From: Octopus bimaculoides
Taxonomy: Eukaryota
Assembly (NCBI RefSeq): GCF_001194135.2
Contig: NC_068989.1
Location: 1,972,458-2,036,457 of the forward strand
Reading direction: 5' to 3'
DNA: 64,000 nt
Part shown: piece after piece, positions 11,047-22,759 of the stretch
Layout: each line of letters begins with the position of its first letter
Position numbering within the stretch: the stretch's first letter is position 1
Translations under genes and position numbers: made by a program
Notes under the pieces: generated by a model
Seen by the model: the letters and a program-made list of their open reading frames with translations, nothing else
What the model was told of the DNA's origin: nothing
Databases searched by the model: none

Positions 11047-12834
11047 ATCTATCTTCCTCCAGTCTGTACATTTTTCACCTTTTTCTCTTTTTGTTTGTTT
11101 GTTTTCCTCCTATCTCTTGAATGTTGTTGAAGTCCTTGTCAGTTTTATTCTGTGAAGATATCCACCAGAGAAACAAGATGGCTGTTTTCTGAGTGACAGT
11201 TTTAGCCAACTTAAATATTTACTTAATTTCAACAATTGATTTCTATTGACTGGTCCTTTTATTGACAATGGCAACATCTGTTCTTAATTGCAAACATAAG
11301 CAGGTACACACGCACACACACACGTACGTACGTGTGTTTATTGTGAGCAGAATCGAAATATAAAATCAGTTTTCTTTTTCATCATTTAAAATTAACAAAA
11401 CGAATATTTAAAATATTTGTTTAAAAAATGATGGTATTTTTTTCTATTTCCTTTTGTAAATTACATATTTAAACTGATTCATCTAATTACTTTTTGTTTA
11501 TTTTTAGAATGCTACCTTTATAACACAGAACATCAGTTGTTTAAAAAGTTGAAGAGATTTTGTAAATTCCCACATTTGACTAAAAAATTACCAGAAAAGG
11601 TAAAGCTTATGAAATTTTCATTTCTATCCTTATTGAGGTGTTTTTTAAAGGCGCCTGGCCAAGTGGTTAGGGTCTTACACTCATGATCTGGTGACCATGG
11701 GTTCAATCCTGGACTAAGCAGCACATTGTGTTCTTGAGTAAAACACTTCATTTCATGTTGCTCCAGTCCACTCAACCGTAAATGGGTCACACTTGCAACA
11801 GAATAGCTTTCCAATCGAGTGTGGAGGGGCTGTTTGCCTGATTGCCTAGACATCAGGGTGGTATCATTTGAAAGCTAAAATGATGTAAAGGGCATTGTAG
11901 CCAATGATGTCTATAAGAACATCTAATAGGCTGATTGATCACACGACCAAGGTTTTTTTGTTAATCTGCAGTTGTCTTATGGCAGGCCTTAATTATTTCA
12001 CCAAACCCTTGTTTTAACTACATTCAACATCCAACAGGATATGTTGGAGAATTCAACAGAGACGAACTTACTTAGAATGGAACAAGGCCTGAAATCTGGC
12101 GGCAAGCTATTAATCAATACTTTATCAACCCCTAAAGCAGTGTTCCCCAACCATATTTTAGACCTACAGACCCCTTTGATTCATATTCTACACAAATGGA
12201 TCCTCATACCCATTCCATGTTTAAAAGAAATCCTCTTCATCATCATCATCATCATTGATTAACATCCATTTTCCATGCTGGTATGGGTATTTGTCCTCAT
12301 CTTGTTTGTTGTTAACACAATGTTTCGGCTGATATACCCTCCAGCCTCCATCAGGTGCCTTCATCAGGCTGGAGGGTATATCAGCCAAAACATTGTGTTA
12401 ACAACAAACAAGATGAGGACAAATATCCATCAAATGTAAATAATGTTACCTTTGGGTAAGTCTTCTACTGTAGCCTTGGGCTTACCTTGTGAGTGAGTTT
12501 AATAGACAGAAACTGGTAGAAGCCTATCTGTGTGAGTGTATCCTTGTTTAGAGCTCCCACGAGAGCTGTAAATGAGCATCACTGACAAACAGGCAAGGCT
12601 ACTCATTTCCATTTATCCATGGAAAACATGTCAAACTCTGAAAAGATAGTATTACCTTGCTTGGAAACGGGTGAGGTCATGTTATTTGTATTTGTTTTCT
12701 TTATATATTAATCTATCTCTTATGATTTTATATTTCAGATTGATTTGCAACGCTTTATGTGGAAACAACTCAAAGAATCATATGAGGAGGTTCTGAAAGG
12801 AACTGTCTCTCCAGATCAGACAAAAATAGACTGA
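3223..12834 (+). CDS. GTDC1: GTDC1/QTMAN, glycosyltransferase-like domain-containing protein 1 (tRNA-queuosine alpha-mannosyltransferase), 8 coding exons, 448 aa
   Basis: join(3223-3404,5098-5265,5847-6329,7511-7620,8755-8899,10063-10133,11508-11599,12739-12834) = 1347 nt, all GT-AG, frame continuous. Diagnostic motifs [78 protein letters not shown]. Confidence 0.95.
3835..4790. mobile_element. Two SINE family B copies head-to-head (- about 3835-4160, + about 4188-4790, the latter interrupted by an RTE end)
   Basis: Family B head and tail blocks in opposite orientations. Confidence 0.65.
4322..4680 (-). mobile_element. RTE LINE 3'-end copy with three ~64-nt internal subrepeats
   Basis: Same 3' terminus as 40062-40302; inserted in the internal (TA)n of a SINE. 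Confidence 0.8.
5098..5265 (+). CDS. GTDC1: GTDC1 coding exon 2
   Basis: acceptor ttccccag; [20 protein letters not shown]...YGYNQILS; donor TG|gtaagc. Confidence 0.93.
5847..6329 (+). CDS. GTDC1: GTDC1 coding exon 3
   Basis: acceptor caacag; [14 protein letters not shown]...ILHIVWPHR; donor TG|gtaagt; includes the poorly conserved linker. Confidence 0.93.
6459..6662 (-). mobile_element. SINE family A copy (others at about 6950-7143-, 9080-9265-, 10340-10510+, 18120-18230-, 18415-18525-, 55615-55772-)
   Basis: Reverse-complement core GAAAGGATGAAAGGCAAAGTTGACCTCGGCGGAATTTGAACTC. Confidence 0.75.
7511..7620 (+). CDS. GTDC1: GTDC1 coding exon 4
   Basis: acceptor tttgtcag; [13 protein letters not shown]...SFSEVP; donor G|gtaatt. 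Confidence 0.93.
8325..8480 (-). mobile_element. RTE 3'-end copy (further copies at about 7182-7236+, 9287-9432-, 12237-12287-, 24050-24130-, 25910-26130-, 31590-31925+, 34330-34560+)
   Basis: Shared CCATGC[CT][AG]GCATGG hairpin and CAGCTGGATG motif with (ATC)n tail. Confidence 0.7.
8755..8899 (+). CDS. GTDC1: GTDC1 coding exon 5
   Basis: acceptor tttcag; VFIQSK...[16 protein letters not shown]; donor AT|gtaagt. Confidence 0.93.
10063..10133 (+). CDS. GTDC1: GTDC1 coding exon 6
   Basis: acceptor ctccag; [23 protein letters not shown]; donor C|gtaagt. Confidence 0.93.
11508..11599 (+). CDS. GTDC1: GTDC1 coding exon 7
   Basis: acceptor tttttag; [21 protein letters not shown]...EK; donor AAG|gtaaag. 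Confidence 0.9.
12288..12425. repeat. Foldback inverted repeat of two family E modules: 60-bp arms, 1 mismatch, 18-nt spacer
   Basis: 12288-12347 is the reverse complement of 12366-12425 except at one position. Confidence 0.92.
12739..12834 (+). CDS. GTDC1: GTDC1 coding exon 8 (terminal)
   Basis: acceptor tttcag; [20 protein letters not shown]...KID-TGA. Confidence 0.85.
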   Translation: MDLQRFMWKQLKESYEEVLKGTVSPDQTKID

Positions 12835-13937
12835 GAATGTTAAGGGCAAAGATTTTTCAGTCGAGGACACACTCCATACTGACCTTACGGTAAAAATTGC
12901 TTTCCTGGCTGCTTGTGAAGCACTTCATCTTCCAAATCTGAAATATCTGAAATAAATCTGGGACAATTTTTGCAAGAAAAATATATATGTAAGGTGTGAG
13001 TGCGATATATTTAATAGAAAAATACATATCATATTTCATTATTTGAAGATGAAGTGGAGAAGACCAGCAGTTGGTGATGGAAATACAGTGTTTTGTGAGA
13101 TACAATGTATGTTTTGTATGTGTGTTGACTGCGAGGTTGTGAGTTGTAATCGTCTCACACAGATTATGTTTGGATTCAACTGACTGCTATGGTGTGTCCT
13201 CTCTCTCTTAGAAAAGCACCTAAGTCTGTTTAATGGTTCTGCTTTAAGTTGAAGGGCTTAGCAGCAGCAGAAAGAGCATCTAATTACGAAAGCATTTGCT
13301 TCAACATTGCAGCGACACCCTACTTTTATTCTAACATGAGAAAATACACACATACAGGTGCGTGTGTGTGTGAAAATAGATATAGTCTTAAAAATTTTTG
13401 TAGGTTCCCCCACTACAAATCACTATCCTCTACCAATCAAGTCTTATCCAAAACATGTATTAATTTGAGGCATATGGTCCCTGTAAAAATAGGCCAAGCT
13501 TCAAACACTAGTCAGAAACAAGGCAATTGCAGCATAACACATCTATCTCAGCTTTTGAAAATTAGTGTAAACTGTGAAACCGGTTAAATCTTTAAATATA
13601 ATAAAAAAATTTTAACTACTCTCAGGGCATTTTCAACTTCTATTTTTTACATATATATATATATGCCAGAATAAGCACATAAATGTGAAACAAGGTGGAA
13701 AGGCTACCAATAGTTTCATGTAGAAAGAAATCTCAATAATTATCAAGCCTGCCACATGGGAACATTGATACTCATCTCTATCTTGGATGAGAATACATGT
13801 AGTTACACGAGGCTGTAAGAGATTTTGTGATAAATAAATATACAGATCATAGGAAGTAACTTATAGGAAAATCATAATTGTCTCATTTGCAGTTGACTTA
13901 GTATCCTTATAGTGTGTATATATATATATATATATAT

Positions 13938-14208
13938 CATCATCATCATCGTTTAACGTCCGCTTTCCATGCTAGCATGGGTTGGACGATTTGACTGAGG
14001 ACTGGTGCAACCAGATGGCTACACCAGGCTCCAGTCTGATTTGGCAGAGTTTCTACAGCTGGATGCCCTTCCTAACGCCAACCACTCAGAGAGTGTAGTG
14101 GGTGCTTTTACGTGTCACCCGCACGAAAACGGCCACGCTCGAAATGGTGTCTTTTATGTGCCACCCGCACAAGAGCCAGTCCAGGGGCACTGGCAACGAT
14201 CTCACTCC
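13938..14208 (-). mobile_element. RTE LINE 3'-end copy, young
   Basis: About 3 mismatches against 40062-40302 over about 220 nt by eye; the tail abuts a (TA)n tract. Confidence 0.85.
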
Positions 14209-15110
14209 ACAAATAAAATATATCAACAACATAACTAATCTTCTGACAAACTATNNNNNNNNNNNNNNNNNNNNNNNNNNNNNNNNNNNNNNNNNNNNNN
14301 NNNNNNNNNNNNNNNNNNNNNNNNNNNNNNNNNNNNNNNNNNNNNNNNNNNNNNNNNNNNNNNNNNNNNNNNNNATATATATAATGTAGTTAGTCTAACC
14401 GCATTGTTTCAAGTATAATTTAAAATTATTTTGGAGTAAATTAAGTATTATTTTAATTGAATAATGCCATCATACCATTTTTAATATTACCTTTATGAGT
14501 AATTGGGCTCACTTGACATTGAAATATAAAAGTTACTGTTTTTTCAGTGAAATCATTCCACAATCAACAAACTGTAGTAAGATGCTGTAGTTTGTTGAGA
14601 TACAATCAGTCCATCAGTTCACACGTTGAATGTAAATGTTTGCAATGATTCATCACCATTTAAGGCACATTTTTCCATTGGTCAGATGGTATCTGTTGAG
14701 GCAGATTTTCTACAACCAGATGTTGCCCTTCCTCTTTCCAAGCAAGGTAATATTTCCCCATGTTTTTCATGGAAGAACCACTAAGTTACCAGCATGTCAG
14801 CATTCCAACACCAGTTGACGCACACACAACGAGTTTGTGTCTGCCAAATCCACTTGCAGGTCTTTGGTCAGCTCGTGGCTATAGCAGGTGCTCAAAATAC
14901 CATGCAGTGGGACTGGACCTGGGACCATGTGGTTGGGAAGGAAGCTTCTGGTCACCTATTTACTTATTTTAGGTAAATATTTAAATTCGCTTCAGGTTTA
15001 TTTTAATTTGTATTTGACAAGATGCAGTTGATTGCTGGATGTTAAAGAGGTTTGCTGTCAGGTGAATGGCTGCTCTCGTAGCTTGCATGACTCTTTCAAC
15101 ATTTGCTTTT

Positions 15111-15222
15111 CATCATCATCATCATCATCATCATCATCGTTTAACGTCCGCTTTCCATGCTAGCATGGGTTGGACGATTTGACTGAGGACTGGTGAAACC
15201 GGATGGCAACACCAGGCTCCAG
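15111..15222 (-). mobile_element. RTE LINE 3'-end copy, short and young
   Basis: Matches the reverse complement of 40196-40302, including the CCGGTTTCACC variant. Confidence 0.8.
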
Positions 15223-16608
15223 TAATGATTTCATATGGAGACACTGCATGATGAAATCCCTAGGACCCTAAAACTGAGGGACTCACTGGGGTACCACACC
15301 AACTTCATGCACAGCAGATTTCAATCTTTTAGATTTGAAAGATTCACATTAACAATCACTCTTTTTTTTTTTTTTGAAGTTTTTTTTCCCCCAATTCAAA
15401 GTCTGTAACTTGTATGGAAGAGTATTTTTCCAAGAAAGTCATTTATCAGTACTGTAAAAAAAATTATTTATGTTATGACTTTTTGTAAAAAAAAATTTTA
15501 TATAAAAAAGTTTTGTGTTTTCTTTTTTATGGAAATGGTTTGTATTGTGTGCTGGAGAATATGGACAACTTAAAACTCATTCATACATACATATATGTGT
15601 ATACACATGCACACACAAGTGCAGCTTTGATAACGGACGGAATCAAAAACTATTGAAGAGGTTACAAGAAAAAAAAAAAAATTAAATAAATAAGTAAATG
15701 AGTGGAAATTGAACCAGTGTGTGTGTTAATTAATAAGACATTAAAACAGAATGGCTCTCCCCAAACACAAATTCACAGAAAGAATCTGGCAAACCAAATA
15801 CAAAAACAAAATAAAACTCGTTCTATTATATGTGATGTTAATTAACAGAACCATTAGTATTAGAAAACAACTTTATGGTATTTCTTCTGGCTCTTTACAT
15901 TCTGGGATCAACTTTGCCTTCCATTCTTTTGGGGTTGATAAAATAAAGTACCAGTCTGTGGTATTAACTAACCCCTCCCTTCAAAATTGCTGGCCTTGTA
16001 GCTTAATCAGAAACCATTAAATGTGAGCATAATGTTTTATCTTTTCCTTGTTTCAGTCATAAGACTGTGGTCATGCTGGAGCACCACCTTGAAAATGAAT
16101 CGAACACAGTACTTGTTTTTTTTTCTTTTCTTTTTAAACCCAGTACTTATTCTGTCTGTCTCCTTTGCTGAACTGCTAAGTTACAAGGACATAAACACAC
16201 CAGCACTGATGGGCGACAGATACATATAAATGTATATACAATGGGCTTCTTTCAGTTTCCATATACTAAATCTACTCACAGGGCTATAGAAGATGACACT
16301 TGCCCAAGGTGCTATACACACTCTAAGCAAACTTAAAAATAAATACTGGTCAGTACTAAAAGCAATGCCATCTTAATTCTCTATGGAGAAATAAACTGGA
16401 GACAGACTTACGCGTGTGTGGGTGTCTAAAAGTAGCTTCTCTTTTATCTCTGCCGACAAAAATCCTGGTACACGAGAAATGTGGTGCTAAATGAGGTGAG
16501 GGACGAAAGAATTGAATGGTGTGGAGGTAAAGGGTAGTGTCAGTGAAAGAAGAGAAAAAGGTAGAGAGAGATTTATGGTACTGGTAATATACACACACAC
16601 ACATATAC

Positions 16609-16838
16609 GAAAATTAACAAGTCATACTATTGCAGAGGATTTTATTAAACCATCAATATCAGCATTTTTTAAAACAGTCCTGGAAAAAGATGACAAAGTG
16701 GTTCAAGCCATGCTACTCAGTAACAATACTGTTAGTAGAAGAATAGATGAAATGAGTAAAGATATTGTAACACAACTTGTTGAAAAGCTGAAATCAAGAA
16801 AATTCCCATTACAAATGGATGAATCAACTCTAAGAGAC
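16609..16838 (+). mobile_element. hAT (Charlie/Buster, FAM200/ZBED8-like) transposase fragment
   Basis: SHTIAEDFIKP...LSNNTVSRRIDEMSKDIVTQLVEKLKSRKFPLQMDEST, the hallmark of Buster-type transposases; no splice context or complete ORF. Confidence 0.8.
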
Positions 16839-17635
16839 AGCAGTTCATTAGTTGTCGGCTGTCTATCTACTCTTGTATATATTTTCTTGCGTCACTGATA
16901 ATGGTGAGGTCACCAAGTTATTTGCAAGACAAGAAAAAGATGTGGTAATTTAGTAAAATATAGAGTACAAGTTTATAGAAATAGATTTTAATCTGCAGGA
17001 AAAACTGACTGAAATATTTTTTTTATTGCTTGCTGTTGGTCATTGATTGACCAGTCAATGTGGTAAAATAATGTGGCTGGTAAAAAAAGCTTCCACATAA
17101 AATGTTTGTTTTGACCAAGTAAGCCATGTAATTTAACCTGGTTCAATATTGACTAACAGCAGAATGTCTGGAGAACTTTCTTCTACTACTAGTGTTGTAA
17201 GGGAAAGCACGATTAGTTTACATGTATACTGTGGGAATATATACAAGGGATGTGTTTGAGAATGAGGTGTGTATACAGGAACAGATGTATATACAAGTGA
17301 ATCTGCACATCTGTGTATATATGCTGTGACGATCCAGCTTACAAATGCTTTCAATGTGAAGGGTAGCTGCAAAGTGAAGAACTTTGTTTATTTCTCATTG
17401 GCCAGTGACTAAAACTGGTTTCTCCTGTCCAGTAAAATGGTCTGTGACCAAATAATGATTTCATTCGTAATGAAACATTTACCTCAACTGGAAGTAATCG
17501 TTATACATCACTCAACTACCACAAGGGAGGCCTTCAATATGATAAAGAAGGTGACTGACCAGAGGAGATGGATGTGTTGTCTTGGTTTGGAACTTGTTAG
17601 TTTCAAATTGCTTCAGTATAATCGTGGTTTGCAAG

Positions 17636-17830
17636 TCATCTTTCCATCTTCAAGTCTTCATTGCTGTGTTCTTTCATGCTGGGTGAAGAAGATTTTCTGT
17701 AAAGCCACACTGTATCAATGCCAGTTCCTATAGTTTGGTATGGTTCCCAATCAGGAAAAGGAAATCTGCAGGCCACAACAGACATGCTGCAGTCCATTTC
17801 TTTATTTAGTTTCTCTTTTAGTGGCATCAT
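17636..17830 (-). CDS. ATPSCKMT: ATPSCKMT coding exon 4 (terminal)
   Basis: acceptor ctttcag; MMPLKEKLNKEM...VVACRFPFPDWEP...GIDTVWLY...MER-stop. Confidence 0.92.
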   Translation of the reverse strand: MMPLKEKLNKEMDCSMSVVACRFPFPDWEPYQTIGTGIDTVWLYRKSSSPSMKEHSNEDLKMER

Positions 17831-20800
17831 CTGAAAGAACAAGAAATAAAATGTTAATGATATTGGACTTAAAAACGTACATCTATTCTCGTTTATCACT
17901 GATTCATTTATCACTGATCTGGGACAACATGGTACACTCAACTGTGAACAGGCTCCTTTATTCATTTATCTCTGATTGATTTAACATGGTTTCTTTTTGG
18001 AACCAAACATTCACGATAAACGAGGATGTATGAATGAATTTGAGACAAAAATGCTGCAAGTCTACCAACAAGACCGTCTGCCAGCTCACCGTCTTAATAT
18101 ATAACAACAATAATAATAATTTCAAATTTTTGCCACAAAAGCAGCTTGGGGGAGGTGGGGATGAGTCGATTACATTGACCCCAGTGTTCAACTGGTACTT
18201 ATTTTATTGACTCCGAAAGGATGTATAGTGATGTCGGTATGTGACATCCTATAATTTTTATAATTGCATGCAAGAAAGAGGGGTCACCTGTGTTCCTTTA
18301 TATAAGGGATGAACTGGAAGTCCCTGGAAGGTAATTGGAATGTCGAGGGAGATTACTCTCGTTAAATCCCTTTTTTGTGTTGCTTTCCTGCTTGACCACC
18401 AGGGGTCACTACAAATGAAAAGCAAAGTCGACCTTGGTAGAATTTGAACTCAGAATGTAGCGACAGGCGAAATACCACTATGCATTTTGCCCGGCTTGCT
18501 AACCATTCTGCCAGCTCACCACCTTACTATATAATAATAAGAATAATTTCTTACATAGGCACAAGGCTAACTTTTAATCATTTTTAATACAGCACAAAGC
18601 CAGGCAATTAGGTCTGTAGTAAGATTTAAATTTGGACTGTGTGGTTAATAAGTTAAAACTTTCTTACAACCACTGCATTGCGGCCCTTGAGCAAGAATTC
18701 CACTTTGCTAAGACTTCTTAACAAAACAGAATAGAAAAAAAAAGCTTTTTCATAGCTGGTTGGTTATTTGTAATGGGAAAGTCATTCATGTGGAAAAAAA
18801 ATATTTGTTTAACAAAAGAAATGAATCTTGCTCAAGTGGTAATGTGTGGGTCTCTACTGAGTCACTTGTCTTGCTGGAAAAAGCAGCTTAATTTCATCAG
18901 TCACATTCTTCTGCCCTATGAAAAGGAAGGACACAATGAATATTGTCTAAAAACAGAAAGATGATGAGTTGGTCATGTGTAGAACATAGTTCTGGTTGAT
19001 CAAGGCTGATCTACAGCCAAACAACAATTATTCATACAAACAAGGGAGAAGGAACACTTCTTGTCCTTAATATCCCAAGAGCTTATTGTGAGCCTCAGTA
19101 TCCTGAGAGCTATGCTAGCAGAGTGCAAGCTTCCGGTAGGACCTTCTAAGTTGGATGTGTTAAAGGACAAGGGTCAGACTAAGACGGTCCACCTCTTCCC
19201 AGGAGTAAAAAGGGCCAACACTCCAATCAAGATAAAAAAACACGGTTACAGAAGCATCGACGATAATTCAAAATGAAAAAGATCTGGGAGAAGAGAAGAC
19301 AGCCCAGGCTCATAAACAGTGGGGGAATGTCACTGATGGCCTGAGCTCCCTAAGGAGTGAAAGTTTTAGTAAATATTAACAAACATCAGTTAAAATAAGC
19401 ATGTAAAGCTCACCATTTGTTCCACTCCAAAGATTACAATGTTATCAAACTCTGACAAATCAGTCTGAAAATACATAAAGAAAAAATAACAATGAAAATG
19501 GCAATAAAGGTTTATTCAAAGCTGTGCCCCAGCATGGCCACAGTCCAATGACTGAGACAAGTAAAAGCTAAAATACTTTCATATATAAATATATATACAT
19601 TGCTCAACCCATGCCAGCATGGAAAACGGATGTTAAATGATGAGGATTCGTAGAGAAATGTTTCTATACAAAAGACCTACCTTCCACAAGTCCTGCCTTA
19701 CAAAACCAACTCGTTGGTTCAATCCCAGTCGCCATGACCTAAATTTAGAGTAGAGCACCAACCAGATATTGAGCTCAACGCCTGTCGCCTTGAAACCATG
19801 CTTTGCTGCTTCTAACACCTGGAGTAAAGAACAAAGCAAGACCTTATTTACATTTGACGGATTTTTGTCCTCATCTTGTTTCTTGTTAACACAACGTTTC
19901 GGCTGATTAAGTGCTAAAGTGTTAAATTCTGATATGGTCAAGTTAATGAATGAACTTCTGCTTAATCACTTTACGTTTTGCAGGACATAGCATCCAAATC
20001 TCCTTCAAATTGCACCTTACTGTCTTAAATGAAGGAAAGGCACATAAGATAATGTAGTGCAAGGTAACCCCCTCCCCCCCAAAAAAAAGGCAAGATGGTT
20101 ATGGTTGGGTTGTTCTGGGTCATAAGCTTGCCTAGTCAGGGTTGACTGGAACTAAACAATAAATCTTGCTGAGCTTGATTTTGCCTTTCATCATTGTAAC
20201 AAAAGCACTCAGAGAGCGCAAACCTCTGCCAAGGCAACACCAACGTCCTCTCAATGATTAGCCAGAGGTGATTTTTAAAAAGAAATTATCTGAAATAAAC
20301 TCGACTGCTCTCACAAACGAGAATACTAAAAATGGACCTGACCGCTCTCAAAAATTAAGTAAAAAAAACTGGAAAAATAATCCAGAATCCTTGTCTGGTA
20401 TCTGATCAATCCCAATGGTAGTCATGGAATGTGAAGGTGGGTGTGCAGGCTGTGTTTGTAAAGCTGCGTATGTGTCATCTGCAGTGGAAACAGAGACAGT
20501 TTTCTCTATGAAGGCCATTTTTGACTATTCACTGTCTTATAACATTTAGCTTTCCTGGCTGGAGGTCATCTCGTGAGGGCTACTCAGCCTTCTGGTAATG
20601 TTCATGATCGCCCCATAGGCAAAGAAAACACGAATGCTTAGTGTACACACCCTGTAATCCAAGTAAGAAGGCAAACATTTTAAAGTCGCCACAAACATCC
20701 CATTTAAACTTATACTTTCTCAAGGAGCAATTTTACATTGTCATATTCTTCCTTCATCTGTATCGAGTTATGCAATAGGCAGGGATGGATGCGAATAATG

Positions 20801-22264
20801 GAGGTAAAATATAAACTTTGGGAATGAATGATTTACTGGTAGAGTAGAAAAATGTTTTATAGCAAGAGTTACGTTACGCAACAACTTGTGATCAAGTGAT
20901 GTTAGAGATTTTGTTTACAGACAATTGATGCATGATGGTATGTATGATGGTATGTGTATATGATGGTATGTACGATACGTGATGTATGCTGATATGTGTA
21001 TATTAGTGTAATTCGACATATCTCGCAAACGGTCGATGGGAGAGAAAAAAAGAAACACATTTTTGGAATCAGCACAAAATTCTGCATTAAAATTACTCAA
21101 AACAATAAGACAACCAAAACTTTTGTGAAAGTTTGTAACCCAGTGTATTTTGTCGCTTTTAGCAATGCCCCTTCACGCTGTGAGTTCAAATCCCGCTCTC
21201 GATCTATTTATCTTTACATTCTTCCGAGGTCGATGAGAAATACTGCATCTTAGAAGCGCTCCGGCAAAGAGACATTGCAATGACTGAAACCAATAACAGA
21301 ATCGCCATTATTCTGCCAAGGTTTACGTGTGTAACTCTTGGAACAAACAGGATAGAACGAAACTGAAGATGTTAGCTACGTTATTAGCATGGTCCGGTAT
21401 AACTACGTTGGTCTTTGGCAACACTTTAGCAAAATTTTAAAGTTCTGGACTACATCTTTAGTTTCATATCAGAGAAGAGTTCATAAGGTTGGGCTTCGTT
21501 CAGTAAGACCCACAATGAGGATAACTATTGTACTTCGGGCACCGGGGCCCACAATTCCACTAAACGAAACACAGTACTTACTGCACTGAGATATTGATTC
21601 CACAAAATAATTCCAAGAAACTTATCGCTTTCAAAATAACCGCGCAATTTCCACGTATAAGGTGCCCAACGTGTGCTGGGGTCGACTTAATTGACTTTAT
21701 CTTCTCGCACAAATTTCGAGCCTACAATATTTACATTTTAATAAAGCGAAGACCATAGTTTAGCTGCTCTCGTTTACCTGTCATTTTATTATTTGGGGGG
21801 GGGGGGGACGATAGAAGGTGATCTGAAAAAGATTTGACTGCTATTTTTAGCAGGTAAAATGACAACGAGGAAGCTCCATCTGTTGTACGGACCAGAAGTT
21901 GTTTCATCAAATGTTTAGCTGGAAGGTTACATTAACATACAAAATTAGCAAGATGAGGTATGTTTAAAGTAGAAAGATAGATCGAACTTACAATGCGACC
22001 GTCACCACTGCCAATGTCAAGTAAGGTCCCACCACTTGAGCCTCTTAATGCCCTCATCACATTTTGAACTTGAGTCGTGGTTGCTGGGACGAACGGAAGG
22101 CACACTTTACGAAGAGCTGGAGACAAGAAAGGTGTCACCACCGCATAGAAACCCACTGCTATCGCACCTGATATTCCTAATATTGTTGCCCCAGTCGTAG
22201 TTAATTTATATTTCGTGTTTATATTCTGATTTTCAGCAGATATTATTACCTCAACATCACTCAT
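17636..22264 (-). CDS. ATPSCKMT: FAM173B/ATPSCKMT-type mitochondrial lysine N-methyltransferase, 4 coding exons, 218 aa
   Basis: complement(join(21992-22264,19681-19818,19414-19464,17636-17830)) = 657 nt, GT-AG. Motifs TPFLSPALRKVCLPFVPATTTQ, LLDIGSGDGRIV, GVELNIWLV, NIVIFGVEQM, VVACRFPFPDW, GIDTVWLY. An in-frame upstream ATG at 22378 is an alternative start. FAM173B versus FAM173A was assigned from motif recall only. Confidence 0.9.
19414..19464 (-). CDS. ATPSCKMT: ATPSCKMT coding exon 3
   Basis: acceptor tttcag; TDLSEFDNIVIFGVEQM; donor ATG|gtgagc. Confidence 0.92.
19681..19818 (-). CDS. ATPSCKMT: ATPSCKMT coding exon 2
   Basis: acceptor ctccag; VLEAAKHGFKATGVELNIWLVLYSK...QDLWK; donor AAG|gtaggt. 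Confidence 0.92.
19846..19908 (-). mobile_element. Family E module fragment next to the ATPSCKMT exon 2 acceptor
   Basis: Reverse complement ATCAGCCGAAACGTTGTGTTAACAAGAAACAAGATGAGGACAAAAATCCGTCAAATGTAA. Confidence 0.75.
21992..22264 (-). CDS. ATPSCKMT: ATPSCKMT coding exon 1
   Basis: MSDVEV...TM helix...LRKVCLPFVPA...DIGSGDGRI; donor ATT|gtaagt. Confidence 0.88.
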
Positions 22265-22759
22265 GGTGCTTCTGAGGACGAAACGTGCTTCAAGTGTAAA
22301 TAGTGAACTGTAATTATCTCCCTTGTATTTCAGGGTAAAAGCTTTTTCGAGGAAGATTTGGTCTTTCTTCAAAGACATGATTTTCGAAATAGCTTTACAT
22401 ACATATATATATATATATATACACAGACACACATACATACTAGCAGAGATACCCGGCGTTGCTCAGGATTAAAATGGCATAGTTTTTAATTGCTTTACTT
22501 TGTTTCAGTCATGTGACTGCGGCCACGCTGGAGCACCGCCTTTATTCGAAGAAATCGATCCCAGGATTTATTCTTTGTAAGCCTAGTACTTATTCTATCG
22601 GTGTCTTTTGCCGAATCGCTAAGTTACGGGGACGTAAACGCAGTAACATTGGTTGCTGAACGATGGTAGGAACACACATACAAACATACAAATATATACG
22701 AAAGTCTTCTTTCAGTTTCCGTGTACGAAATCCACTCCCAAGGCTTTGGTTGGCATGCT

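Noticed and set aside
12138-12225. CAGTGTTCCCCAACC, an hAT-like terminus
   Set aside because: No partner TIR or target-site duplication identified
16512-16898. ORF resembling domesticated FAM200/ZBED8 genes
   Set aside because: Only a short transposase segment fused to unrelated sequence; no complete gene
22438-22490. ACTAGCAGAGATACCCGGCGTTGCTCAGG resembling a Helitron-type 5' end
   Set aside because: Short, and no matching 3' end found; cannot support a call
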